A DNA stretch of 64,000 bases from an uncultured Myxococcales bacterium (lineage in GTDB: Bacteria; Myxococcota_A; UBA9042): contig CAISBR010000152.1 of NCBI GenBank assembly GCA_903883645.1, forward strand, positions 34,072 to 98,071. Reading direction: 5' to 3'. Position numbers and translations under genes: made by a program. Of the stretch, positions 17,050 to 26,205 are shown in pieces. The notes beneath the pieces were generated by a model. It did no database searches and had not been told where the DNA came from. It saw only the letters and a list, made by a program, of their open reading frames with translations. Every line of letters begins with the position of its first letter. Position 1 is the first letter of the stretch.

Positions 17050-19419
17050 CTAAGGCATCGCGTCGGTAAACGCCGTGCGTGTGACCAGCCGTACCAAGTC
17101 GCTCAGCGCCCCGCCAGGCGCGGTCAGCCCCACCACATCCATGGCCTTGCTGAACTCAAACGCCGCCACATAGGCGCGCTTGGCCTTGCTCGCCACCATC
17201 TCGGCACCGTAGCTGCTCAGGTCGGGCAGCACCAGCGGCTTGTCGGCCTGCTCTTTGGGCAGCACGACCAGCCACTTCAGACCGTTATCGCCCTGCAGAT
17301 TCAGCCGATACGCCATCGCGCCCGTCACCGACTTCACCGTCAGCGTCGCGGTATCCGGCACAAACGTCGAGCCGATCGGCAAGTCCATAAAGGCCGCGGG
17401 CTTCGACTCGGCCGGCACCGCCGCGGGCGCACTAATCGTAAGCGATCCGCCCTCTTTCTTGCCCTTGCCACCCAGCACGATCGCCGCCGTCACCAGCACG
17501 TGGTTGTCGGTACCGTAGCGCAGACCGCTGTGGAGCGGCCCCACCGACAGCGACAGCGGCTCCGCCCCGGGCGTCTTGTAGTCCGCATCGACCACACCGT
17601 CGGCCACATCTTCCGCCACCGACGAGTCCGAACCCGCCGTCAGACCCAGCGGCACGATCTCGCCGATCGGCAGCAGCGCACCACCAATGACGAACGCCAC
17701 GTCCGCCCAACCGGTCGCCGTCTTGGGCAGCGGCGGCACAGTCACCAGCGTCTTGATCAGCAGCGGATAGGTCGGCTCGATCGTCACCAGGTCTTTGATC
17801 GGGTCGGCCATCGTCTCGCCCAGCATTACGTCGAACTGCACGTGCGAGCGAAAACCCGCCAGGTAAGGCAGCAGCACCGACACCACCCGACCAATGTCGA
17901 TTCCGCCGTCGACCGCCGACAAGATCTTGCCCATCTCCGAGATCACCGTCGTCAGCGACAGGCGCCCCGCTAGCGTCCACTGCGTATGCGCCCCGGGCGG
18001 ACCCGCCATGATGTACTGATTCACCACCGGCTTACCCAGCGTAAAGGTCACACCACCCGGGATCTGCTGCGGTTTACCCGGATCGGGATTGATCATCGAC
18101 GGCGCCTGCGCGTCAAACGGCCGCTTCACATTGGGCCCCAGGATCGAATCGACCGAGAAATTGAGCAGCTGCGAATCAAACGCCAGCGCGGTCAGGCCCA
18201 GCGCCGCTTCGCCAATGCCGGGGTAATTCACTTCACCACGCACGGCATCACCATGGATTACCGTAGTTTCCGCCGGAACAACCTTGCCCGCCGCATCGAA
18301 TGTCAGCTCGGCATAGTGGTGCAGTGGCGTGGGCAACAGCAAATCCGCGGTCTTGCCGGCCGGGTCGTAGCGCAGCACCGACACCGCCGCGTGGTCCGTC
18401 GCCACCACATGGATATCGGCCGGGAACTTCACGCCGGCAAAACTGGCCTGACCATTTGTAATATCAACAACTTGCGCAGCCTCGGGCGTCGCCGCATCCG
18501 CGAGACCGATCACCACCACCTTGCCCTTGACCGGCAGCCACGACAGCTCGTCGATCGCGGTGACGCGCAGGTTCTTGCCATCGGCGATCGCGCCTAAATT
18601 CCAAAGCGTTGCCGGCTTCGACGCGCCCGTGCTGGCGCCCTTTACCTTGGCCGTGATCGTGGTCGCCCCCGCCTTGGTACCGGCCGTAAGCGTCTGATCA
18701 GCCAGTGTAAATGCGTCCGAGGCCACGAGCGTCCACTCAAAGGCCGCATCGGGCTTGACGTTGCCCAGCTTATCGACCGCTTGCGCGCCCAGGCCACTCG
18801 CTGCCGCCAAGGTCGCCCCCGGCACCGTAATCCACACCGGCCGCAGCAGCCGCGCGCTCAGGCTCGTGTCAACAAGCGCTGCCACGCAGCCACCTTGCGA
18901 GCAAACCAAGCCCTTGTCACAGTCCGCGTCCGCGCCGCACATCGTCTGGATACACTGACCCGAGTCGGGGTCGCAGCCGCAGGTAAACGCCTTGTCGGGG
19001 CAGCCCGGCGCGACGCCGTTCTTGGTGACGCAGTCCGCGTTCTTTTCGCAGACAAATTTGACCGAGCAGCATCCCGCCACGCACTCGTAGTCGCTGACCG
19101 GCTTCGGGCACAGGCTCAGGTCGTCTTGGCCCTGCGCGTTCAGACATGCAGGCAAAGTTCCGCACTTGCTAGCCGTGTCGGGCTGGGCCACATCCGCGGT
19201 TGCAGCATCGGCCAGGGGCACATCGGCAACGGAGTCTTTGCTGCCGCTCGAGTCGCTGGCTGTGCTGGTAGCGCTGTCGCTGCCGCACGCGGCCATCGTC
19301 AAGGCCAGTGCTGCGGCGGCGACGATTTGCCATGCGCGCGCGTTGTGTCCGGCGATCGCGCCGCTCCAGGCCATGTTGTGCATTGCTTTGCTCCTGCGGA
19401 CGATTTGGCGCCGCGCCAT
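17050..19419 (-). CDS. Large Cys-rich lipoprotein of unknown function
   Basis: Signal peptide with lipobox (...AAAALALTMAAC|GSDS), a Ser/Asp-rich linker, and a ~90-aa region with about 16 Cys (CGTLPACLN...CVAGCCSVKFVCEKNADC...CGCDPDSGQCIQTMCGADADCDKGLVCSQGGC). A ~600-aa beta-rich region follows. The start is uncertain (ATG 19419, 19383 or 19374); the track ORF start at 19608 overlaps the upstream gene. Confidence 0.7.
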   Translation of the reverse strand: MARRQIVRRSKAMHNMAWSGAIAGHNARAWQIVAAAALALTMAACGSDSATSTASDSSGSKDSVADVPLADAATADVAQPDTASKCGTLPACLNAQGQDDLSLCPKPVSDYECVAGCCSVKFVCEKNADCVTKNGVAPGCPDKAFTCGCDPDSGQCIQTMCGADADCDKGLVCSQGGCVAALVDTSLSARLLRPVWITVPGATLAAASGLGAQAVDKLGNVKPDAAFEWTLVASDAFTLADQTLTAGTKAGATTITAKVKGASTGASKPATLWNLGAIADGKNLRVTAIDELSWLPVKGKVVVIGLADAATPEAAQVVDITNGQASFAGVKFPADIHVVATDHAAVSVLRYDPAGKTADLLLPTPLHHYAELTFDAAGKVVPAETTVIHGDAVRGEVNYPGIGEAALGLTALAFDSQLLNFSVDSILGPNVKRPFDAQAPSMINPDPGKPQQIPGGVTFTLGKPVVNQYIMAGPPGAHTQWTLAGRLSLTTVISEMGKILSAVDGGIDIGRVVSVLLPYLAGFRSHVQFDVMLGETMADPIKDLVTIEPTYPLLIKTLVTVPPLPKTATGWADVAFVIGGALLPIGEIVPLGLTAGSDSSVAEDVADGVVDADYKTPGAEPLSLSVGPLHSGLRYGTDNHVLVTAAIVLGGKGKKEGGSLTISAPAAVPAESKPAAFMDLPIGSTFVPDTATLTVKSVTGAMAYRLNLQGDNGLKWLVVLPKEQADKPLVLPDLSSYGAEMVASKAKRAYVAAFEFSKAMDVVGLTAPGGALSDLVRLVTRTAFTDAMP

Positions 19420-19486
19420 CAAACCCACGGCCGTGCAGCATAGCGGCGTGCGGCCATCGCGACAAGAACGCCCTGGGCGCGGTCCG

Positions 19487-20026
19487 TCAAGTAAACTTCG
19501 ACTTGCCAGCCTTGCGCAACAACTCGAGCGAAAGTCGGTCCGTATCGCCCGCGGGCTGCTTGACTGTAGCCACCGAAGTAGGTGAATTCTGTTGCGTTCG
19601 CTGCTCAAACCATGCTAGCCGCGCATCCGTCACGGCCATCCGCGCGCGAAAATGCTGCTGCACCCGCGTCGCCAGTTTCTCGGTCTGCCGCGCCGAGGGC
19701 GGACCCATGATGCAATCACGAAACGGCTTGGCGATGCGCACTTCGGCGAGACGGCGCGCCCCTTTGCCGCGGTCATCGCCTACCAGTCGCAGTAGCGCTT
19801 CGGTCTGGGCGAGCAACGTGGGCAGCGTTGTGGGGTCGGGCTCGCGCAGGGCTTCCGCCTCGGGCTCAGGCTCGGGCGGCTGCAGCGCCGTGTGCACACG
19901 CCACAAGACATCACGAATTTGCTGACGAATTTGCCTATCCAAAGCCAGGTCGCGGGCGTACTCCGCTAGCGTGCCGGCGTCCGCCAACAGCGCCGCAGCG
20001 CGGTCACCCGCCGCAGCCCCCGTCAC
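19487..20026 (-). CDS. Hypothetical cytoplasmic protein
   Basis: High GC3 ORF whose GTG start overlaps the upstream gene's stop (GTGA). No TM or recognisable motif. Confidence 0.55.
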   Translation of the reverse strand: MTGAAAGDRAAALLADAGTLAEYARDLALDRQIRQQIRDVLWRVHTALQPPEPEPEAEALREPDPTTLPTLLAQTEALLRLVGDDRGKGARRLAEVRIAKPFRDCIMGPPSARQTEKLATRVQQHFRARMAVTDARLAWFEQRTQQNSPTSVATVKQPAGDTDRLSLELLRKAGKSKFT

Positions 20027-20619
20027 GGCGCCCCCACGCGGCCCGCAGCCGCACTGCCCATGGTCGCCCTAAATTGCAGGTGCGTTCCCGTGGCAATGTG
20101 CAAGAATTCCGCTTGCCCGGCGCCCAGTTCCAGCACATAGCGCGACGGTATCGGCACCCCTCGGCCCGTTTCGGTCAGCGGCACCGCCCGCTCCGCCACG
20201 CCGACCACGCGCCAATCCTCACCGACAAAGATAATATCTAGCGGAATCAGCGTATTACGCATCCAAAAGTTCCAGGTTCGCAGCTCGGGCATAAAGAACA
20301 GCATCCCGTGACCATCGGCCAGATGCCGCCGATACATCAGCCCCTGCTCGCGCTCGGCGGGCGTCCGCGCCACTTCAACCAGCAGTACAGGCGCTTCAGC
20401 CCGTTCATCCAAGCGCACTTCGCCACCGCCACTGAACTGATGAATCGCCCCCGCCGGCAGCCCATCGTCCACCGCCACCGGAGCCACGGGGTCGCTGTGC
20501 ACGGCATCCACCGCCTTCTCACCCTGTACGGGCGCCGGCGGCCGCGTGCAGGCCAGCGGTGGCGCCGACACCAGCACAAGAAAAATACTGAAGCTCCACC
20601 AAAGCTTGCCTTGCCGCAC
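20023..20619 (-). CDS. DUF192 (COG1430)-family lipoprotein
   Basis: The core ...ARTPAEREQGLMYRRHL.DGHGMLFFMP....FWMRNTLIPLDIIF... matches the DUF192 signature. GTG 20619 is preceded by GGAGG and gives a signal peptide/lipobox (LVLVSAPPLAC). The track ORF starts at TTG 20679. Confidence 0.75.
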   Translation of the reverse strand: MRQGKLWWSFSIFLVLVSAPPLACTRPPAPVQGEKAVDAVHSDPVAPVAVDDGLPAGAIHQFSGGGEVRLDERAEAPVLLVEVARTPAEREQGLMYRRHLADGHGMLFFMPELRTWNFWMRNTLIPLDIIFVGEDWRVVGVAERAVPLTETGRGVPIPSRYVLELGAGQAEFLHIATGTHLQFRATMGSAAAGRVGAP

Positions 20620-20700
20620 CGCGCCTCCGCTCGGTCCATCTGGGTCGCCGATTGTCGGCCACCTCACCGCGCCCCGCAACTGCCACAGCGAGCAAACTGG

Positions 20701-21336
20701 CTAGTCTGGCGACGGATCTTCGCGCTTTCGCCCCAGCGACAAACTGCCAATTGCGCGACGCGCCGCTGCCGGCACCGCGGGTATCGGCGCGTCCTCGTCG
20801 TCGTCCTCGTCGTCTTCGGCCTCGCGCGCGTCGAGCCACCCCTCTAGGGCCTGCTCAAAGCGAGGGTCCTCGATCAAGTAGCCCTGCGCCAAGCAGAATT
20901 CGACCAAGCGCTCGGCACTTTGCTGCGCCTGCAGGTCGTTCCACCGCCGCTGCAGGCCGGGATGCGCCCCCAGCACCGCGCGAAATGCCCGAAATGGCTT
21001 GGGCCCGATAAGCGCTGCGGCGAGCTGAGTTTTGGCCTTGCCAGCGCGCAGGTCCGCAACAAACTGCTCCGTCTGAGCAAAGGCCTCATCGCTCTCTTGA
21101 TAAGGGATCTCCATCCACTGGGTGTCGCGCCACAGCCGCTCTTCAAACCGCTGCACCGTGATCGCCCGCTGCTTGCCGCGCGGCGCCTCAAAGGTCTCGC
21201 CGGTAGTCGGGTTCCAATGGCTCATGCTGACCGGGCTGGCGTGTGCAAACAGCCGCACCAGCTCGGGCCATGTCCCGCGCACTGGTCGCAGTTCGTTGCC
21301 TGGCTCTTGGGGTGGTGGATTCCGCTTGCCTGTCAT
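20701..21336 (-). CDS. UPF0158-like protein with an acidic C-terminal tail
   Basis: GPKPFRAFRAVLGAHPGLQRRWNDLQAQQSAERLVEFCLAQGYLIE resembles the C-terminal signature of UPF0158 (G.GAFRRFKD.L.....W..F). Recalled from memory, not searched. Confidence 0.55.
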   Translation of the reverse strand: MTGKRNPPPQEPGNELRPVRGTWPELVRLFAHASPVSMSHWNPTTGETFEAPRGKQRAITVQRFEERLWRDTQWMEIPYQESDEAFAQTEQFVADLRAGKAKTQLAAALIGPKPFRAFRAVLGAHPGLQRRWNDLQAQQSAERLVEFCLAQGYLIEDPRFEQALEGWLDAREAEDDEDDDEDAPIPAVPAAARRAIGSLSLGRKREDPSPD

Positions 21337-21460
21337 CGCGTCCTACTGGCGCCTCGCGCGGCCACAGTCTTGCCGGCCCTGGCCCGCGGCGCAAGCGATC
21401 CCGCGCGATCTGGCATTCGTCGCGCAACTGCGCCATCCTGGTGCACCGGAGGGCGCTGCC

Positions 21461-22519
21461 GTGCTGTCGCAGTATCAACTCGGACAACTCTACGCGGGCC
21501 TGCGCCGTGCGGTGCGGTCGCGTCGGTGGCCCGAAGCCAGTCACCTGCTCGCGCAAGCGCTGGGTATGGAACTGCCGGGTCAGCCGACCGAGGCCGAGAT
21601 CGCCGCCGCCGCCGGTAGCCACTTGGTGCGCCAGCTGAGCTACCGAGGCTTTAAGCCCGCAGAATTAACCATGGTTGTCGCGGACTTAAAACCCGTCGTC
21701 AAGCTTGAAGATATTCCGATCGAGCAGGCGCGCCGCTTTGCCGCCCGCACATCGGCTGGCCGCAAGGTGGTCATTGGCGAGGCCTATCGCAAAGACTACC
21801 TGCTGTTGCGCTCGGACCCCTGCTCCCCCGACGATCCGAACGCCCTGGTCTGCGTCTTTGTCAGCGCGGGCGAGCAAGCGGCCGAGCTCGCCAAGCTCGA
21901 GAATACGGCCCGCGAAGACGCACAAACTGCGGGCCAATTACTAGGTTTTCCAAAGTGTTGTGTCGATGCCTTTTGCGCCGACTTCGAGCGATCGCGCATT
22001 GACCAAGACACGATCAACGACGACGCCGTGCGCCGCATGCTCGCCGAAGCCGCGCCACCCAACTTTGCTCCGTGGAAGCTAAATCCGTTGGCAGACGGTG
22101 AGTTGCTTGGCTTTTTTCCCTGTCGTGCCAATTGCCCCGAAGCGTTGCTCCGCGCCGACCGGGTGATCGCGGCCATGGAGGGACTGCGCCCCGACGAGCT
22201 CGAGCGCATCCACCGCCGACTCAACCGACCGGCGATCTTTTGGCGCTTGCCCTTCTTCGCGGTGACGCGCGGCGTTTGGCGCGGTCCGGTGCTGTACCTG
22301 CGCGAGCTGCGGGTCAACGCCTTTGCCGATCGCGAAGTCCGTGCTGCTCAAGCTCTTTTGGCTGCACACCTGACCTCGTGGCTTCAGCCCGGCTGTGGCA
22401 TATCGGTCGAGGATGGCCAGCTCGTGCGCTGGCGGGGCGATCGCCGCGACGGGCGCTTGGCCGCCAATCCCGGCTCCGCACCGCTGTTGTGCGGCTGGCG
22501 CGAAGATCCAGCCCCTTAG
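21461..22519 (+). CDS. Hypothetical protein with GFPKCC / FPCRANC cysteine motifs
   Basis: Start is proposed at GTG 21461, which is preceded by GGAGG with a 7-nt spacer. The track ORF start at 21122 overlaps the divergent gene. The motif LLGFPKCCVDAF recalls the GYPxCC motif of small archaeal/bacterial DUF families. Confidence 0.6.
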   Translation: MLSQYQLGQLYAGLRRAVRSRRWPEASHLLAQALGMELPGQPTEAEIAAAAGSHLVRQLSYRGFKPAELTMVVADLKPVVKLEDIPIEQARRFAARTSAGRKVVIGEAYRKDYLLLRSDPCSPDDPNALVCVFVSAGEQAAELAKLENTAREDAQTAGQLLGFPKCCVDAFCADFERSRIDQDTINDDAVRRMLAEAAPPNFAPWKLNPLADGELLGFFPCRANCPEALLRADRVIAAMEGLRPDELERIHRRLNRPAIFWRLPFFAVTRGVWRGPVLYLRELRVNAFADREVRAAQALLAAHLTSWLQPGCGISVEDGQLVRWRGDRRDGRLAANPGSAPLLCGWREDPAP

Positions 22520-22805
22520 TAGCTGCACTGTCAACATGACGAAACCTCCCCTGCATCAGCGCGCCGCTCGGGCTGTACGAGCTATTTTGCGTATGCGCTG
22601 AACCTTGGCCTGATCACCGGCAACCAAGTCTTCGAGTGCGCAACGGGGCGCAGCTCGAGCAGGCGACCGCAAGTGGCAGCACCCGCACCAAGGCGAGCCC
22701 ATGACCCTCTTCGCACCTTCTGTGCCCAAGCCCAACGAGACGACCGCAGGGCCGCTCAGTACCGCGATTGGGCCCGAACACGGTGGATCGAGAAGGCTGG
22801 TCTGG

Positions 22806-22834
22806 TTGACAGTGAGGGCCGAGGCTTCTAAAGT
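22806..22834 (+). promoter_or_regulatory. Near-consensus sigma70-type promoter (TTGACA-17 nt-TAAAGT)
   Basis: TTGACA at 22806-22811, a 17-nt spacer, TAAAGT at 22829-22834. It points into the repeat-containing leader and the export locus. Confidence 0.45.
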
Positions 22835-23041
22835 GTGGTCGCTTAGGCGTATGTCGCGATGCAAGCGCGTGTAGCCGAAACAGGGTTGGCGGGCGCACCG
22901 GTTCGAGTAAGCGAAATCGGTTGGCGAAAATAGTTTCGAGTTCTGCAAGCTTGCGAGCGACGTCGACGAGGGATGGACATGCACAGGATGAACACGCACA
23001 GCGTTGAGCACGGTATGGAGCTCGCTCCGTCTGCTTCGTCT

Positions 23042-23185
23042 GGGAGCGGGCAGGCCCAACTGCGCGGGAGCGTTCAGGCCCAACAGCGCGGGAGCGTTCA
23101 GGCCCAACAGCGCGGGAGCGGGCAGGCCCAACAGCGCGGGAGCGTTCAGGCCCAACTGCGCGGGAGCGTTCAGGCCCAACAGGGC
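23042..23185 (+). repeat. Tandem repeat, 6 copies of a 24-nt unit (GGGAGCGTTCAGGCCCAACAGCGC)
   Basis: Read directly: units at 23042, 23066, 23090, 23114, 23138 and 23162. Only GTT/GGG and CAG/CTG positions vary. There are no spacers between units. Confidence 0.95.
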
Positions 23186-23269
23186 TGGGCAGCCCAGTTT
23201 CTGTACCATGCCAAGCAACTGATGTTGAACGCAAAGCGACTGTTGACTGGCCAGAAGCGGAGCACCGCA

Positions 23270-23830
23270 ATGGAATTGCCCCTGCGTGTACTCGCGGCTG
23301 CAGCGATCGGCTCGATCTGCCTCGGGATCGCCGCCTGGGTGGGTGCCGAAGAAGCGGCCAAGGGCGATGCCAACCAGATCGAGCGCCAAGTCGATCAGGC
23401 CCACAACTATGTCGAGCGCATCCGCTCCATGGTGCAGGCCGGTTTCAACGAGCGCGAAGAAGCCCGCAATTCGCAAAATGTTTCGCGGGTTAACTGCGTG
23501 AGCGAAGCCCTGAGCACCATGAAAGGTATGCTCAAGATCGGCGAGAGCATGTACGTGGCCATGCAAGAGTGCGCGTCGCGCAAAGACAGCGCGTGCACTG
23601 AAAGCGAGTACGTCAAGATCTCAATTACTTTCAACAAGTGCGAAGAATTGGAAGGCCAGCTCAAGGGCTGCGGCGGACCTTCGATCGACGGGGCCATCGA
23701 CGGCCGACCCGTGATCGAGAAAGTGGTCGAAGATCTTCCGGACATGAACCCGACCCAAGGTCTTACCGACCTGTCGCCCAAGCTCGAAACGCCGCCATCG
23801 GCTAGCGTTTTCTTCAAGATGGGCACCTGA
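23270..23830 (+). CDS. Small secreted or membrane-anchored Cys-containing protein (unknown function)
   Basis: ATG 23270 is preceded by GGAG with a 7-nt spacer. The N-terminus MELPLRVLAAAAIGSICLGIAAWVGA|EE looks like a signal peptide or anchor, and the mature part has 6 Cys. An in-frame upstream start (22973/22979) that would translate the 24-nt repeats cannot be excluded. Confidence 0.55.
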   Translation: MELPLRVLAAAAIGSICLGIAAWVGAEEAAKGDANQIERQVDQAHNYVERIRSMVQAGFNEREEARNSQNVSRVNCVSEALSTMKGMLKIGESMYVAMQECASRKDSACTESEYVKISITFNKCEELEGQLKGCGGPSIDGAIDGRPVIEKVVEDLPDMNPTQGLTDLSPKLETPPSASVFFKMGT

Positions 23831-23952
23831 CGAACGCAGCGCGAGGCCACCGCAGCCGGGCTCGATCGAGTCTGCAGGGGTAGCCAGCGCATCTGAACGA
23901 ATCGAACTCGGCTCGGCAGCGATCGGCCCGGGCACTCGGTCAGCGAGGACAG

Positions 23953-25368
23953 ATGGACGCAACCTCCATGGACGAACAGTTGCCGCGGCAGCGTCGGGAC
24001 GGCTCAGGGCCCAAGCGCGCAGGGCTGACCGGCGGAAGCTGGCTAACCGCTGTGGCGATTTTGGTGACTGTGGCTGGCGGCTCGCTGCTGGGCACGCGCC
24101 AGGCCCTGGCCCAGAGCGCCGAGATGGCGCTGCCAGCGATCGCCCAGGATCGCGGCCTGCGTACGGGCGAATTTACGCTGTACCCGTCGTTGGGTCTGAT
24201 GACCCACTACGACACGAACTTGTTCAACGGCAGCGACAAAGAGAACAACGTCCCCGTGGGCGCCACCTCGCTGCGCTTCATTCCGCGGCTGTCGCTCGTC
24301 AACGATGGCAATGGCAACGTCAATTTCTCGTTCGCGGGCACTGGCGACGCGCGACTGTATCTTTCGAGCGACGACATCGTCTCCAAGCAGACCGCCGTGG
24401 GCGGCAACCTCAACGTCGACGTCACCTTCGGCCAGAGACGCGCGATGTCGCTGACTCTGTTCAACTACTTCAACAGGGCTCTGCGCGCCAACAACTGGGA
24501 AACCATTCAGACGCTCAACCGCGTGGCCAACGACGTGGGCGCGCGCATCGAGTTCCACCCGGGCGACATTCCCGAGCGGCGACCATTCAATCTCGCCGTG
24601 GCGGCCTCGTACGCGGTCGATGCGTTCGACGACTTCAAGGCCGGCAACACCACCACGATTCGCACCAAGCTAGCGGGCTCCTGGCGGTTCTTGCCCAAGA
24701 CCGCCGCGGTAATCGATAGCACATGGGACTTTCGCAAGTACGAAGTCAGCTCACTGGCCTCCTCTGGCCTAGCGTCGGACTCCAAGCCGTTCCGGGCCCG
24801 TGTAGGCCTAACTGGCGCCCTAACCAAGCGTATCAGCGCGCAAGCGTTGGGCGGCTGGGGCATGTCGACGCACGCCGAAGGCTCGTCGTACAACAGCTTC
24901 TTGGCCAACGTGGGCCTAGGTCTCCGCGCTTCGGAGAGCACGCGAGTCTATGCGTCGTTCGACCACGACTACTCCGACTCGTTCTTTGGCAACTTCGTGT
25001 CGTACAACCGCATTGGCCTCTCGCTCAAGCAGCGGTTTGGCAACGTGCTCGATGTGACGGGCTCGTTTGGCACGCGACTGATGACCTTTGGCGTAGTTGA
25101 GCCCAAGGGCGTGCTCGCTAGCGGCCTCTCGGCCTCGTGCAGTGGCGCGCTGGCCGGCAAGAGTGGCTGCCGCAACGACACCGGCCTCGACGCGTCGCTG
25201 ATGGCGACCTTTGAGTTGCACCGCTTGGTCGGCATGAACGTCGGCTGGAACATGCGCAAGGTCATCACCAATTTCAAGGTGTTGAGTGCCGCAAATCCGA
25301 GCTTGGTGCTCGATGTCGGCGAGTACACGGCGCACGAGATCTTTGCCACGCTGTTTGCGCGGTACTAG
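23953..25368 (+). CDS. Integral outer-membrane beta-barrel protein, probable polysaccharide-export porin partner (Wzp-like)
   Basis: Signal peptide (...LLGTRQALA|QS), alternating beta-strand pattern throughout, and a C-terminal aromatic residue (...IFATLFARY). It lies directly upstream of the OPX and PCP genes. Confidence 0.75.
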   Translation: MDATSMDEQLPRQRRDGSGPKRAGLTGGSWLTAVAILVTVAGGSLLGTRQALAQSAEMALPAIAQDRGLRTGEFTLYPSLGLMTHYDTNLFNGSDKENNVPVGATSLRFIPRLSLVNDGNGNVNFSFAGTGDARLYLSSDDIVSKQTAVGGNLNVDVTFGQRRAMSLTLFNYFNRALRANNWETIQTLNRVANDVGARIEFHPGDIPERRPFNLAVAASYAVDAFDDFKAGNTTTIRTKLAGSWRFLPKTAAVIDSTWDFRKYEVSSLASSGLASDSKPFRARVGLTGALTKRISAQALGGWGMSTHAEGSSYNSFLANVGLGLRASESTRVYASFDHDYSDSFFGNFVSYNRIGLSLKQRFGNVLDVTGSFGTRLMTFGVVEPKGVLASGLSASCSGALAGKSGCRNDTGLDASLMATFELHRLVGMNVGWNMRKVITNFKVLSAANPSLVLDVGEYTAHEIFATLFARY

Positions 25369-25551
25369 GCGGCGACCTCGTTCGCGACGAACTGAGGCGC
25401 CTACCTTCGCCGCAATGGCATCTCGCCCGACGGCAGTTGTCGCAGCCCCCCAAGGAGACGCGCGTTTGTACCCCTGCCGCGACCTCGTCCGCGCGCGGGC
25501 GGGCAACCCGCCCTTCTCTGAGCCCACCTGGGACGCAAGGCGCCGCGCCGT

Positions 25552-26202
25552 ATGATGGCGAAAGTCACCACTTCGAATGAATGTTCAAAGGCTTGGCGCC
25601 TCGCCGAGGCTCTGCTGCTGACCGCACTTGTGCTTGCGGCCGCGATGGGCTGCTCGACAACTGCGCCTTCGACCTACAACAATGTGCCTGTCGACAGTCG
25701 CTTGGCGGTGCAGGCGGCGTCTCTCGGTGCTGGCGACGAGTTCGAAGTTCGCGTGTACGAGGAGGTGGGCTTGTCTGGCAGCTTCGTCGTCTCGCCAACG
25801 GGCCAGTTCGACTACCCCCTGCTAGGCTCACTAACCGTAGAAGGCCTGACGCCGCAGCAGGTTGCCGGCCTGATTCGCTCAAGGCTCGCGTCGCGCTATA
25901 TGCGGCAGCCCTACGTGGTGGTGCAGGTCAAGACGCTAAACTCCAAGAAGATTATTGTGCTCGGCGAGGTCAAGTCGCCCGGCCGGTTCAACTACGGCGA
26001 CCGTATGACCATCGTCGAGGCTGTTACGCTGGCGGGCGGGTTTACGACTTTGGCTGAGCGCAACTATGCGATCGTCACTCGCGGCGAGGCGGCCGGAACG
26101 CGCCGCGTGGCGGTGCCGGTCGAAAAGATCATGCAGGGCTTGGCAGCAAACTTCTTGCTGCAACCCGGCGATATCGTATTCGTTCCGGAGACGATTCTGT
26201 AG
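25552..26202 (+). CDS. wza: Short outer-membrane polysaccharide export (OPX/Wza-family) lipoprotein
   Basis: Lipobox LAAAMGC|S. Poly_export block (VSPTGQFDYPLLGSLTVEGLTPQQVAGLIRSRL...PYVVVQV) plus one SLBB-like block (IIVLGEVKSPGRFNY..MTIVEAVTLAGGFT). At only 216 aa it has no C-terminal OM-spanning helix. Confidence 0.88.
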   Translation: MMAKVTTSNECSKAWRLAEALLLTALVLAAAMGCSTTAPSTYNNVPVDSRLAVQAASLGAGDEFEVRVYEEVGLSGSFVVSPTGQFDYPLLGSLTVEGLTPQQVAGLIRSRLASRYMRQPYVVVQVKTLNSKKIIVLGEVKSPGRFNYGDRMTIVEAVTLAGGFTTLAERNYAIVTRGEAAGTRRVAVPVEKIMQGLAANFLLQPGDIVFVPETIL

Positions 26203-26205
26203 CCC

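Noticed and set aside
23042-23185. CRISPR array (also considered for 54692-54760)
   Set aside because: The repeats are directly abutting with no unique spacers, the units are only 24 and 18 nt, and there are no cas genes in the window.
22556-23566. 336-aa (and 218-aa) minus-strand ORFs that span the 24-nt repeat and the small secreted protein gene
   Set aside because: They overlap the plus-strand gene, which has an SD and a signal peptide. They have no SD or motif, and their 'LGLNAPALLG' repeats are simply the reverse translation of the tandem repeat.
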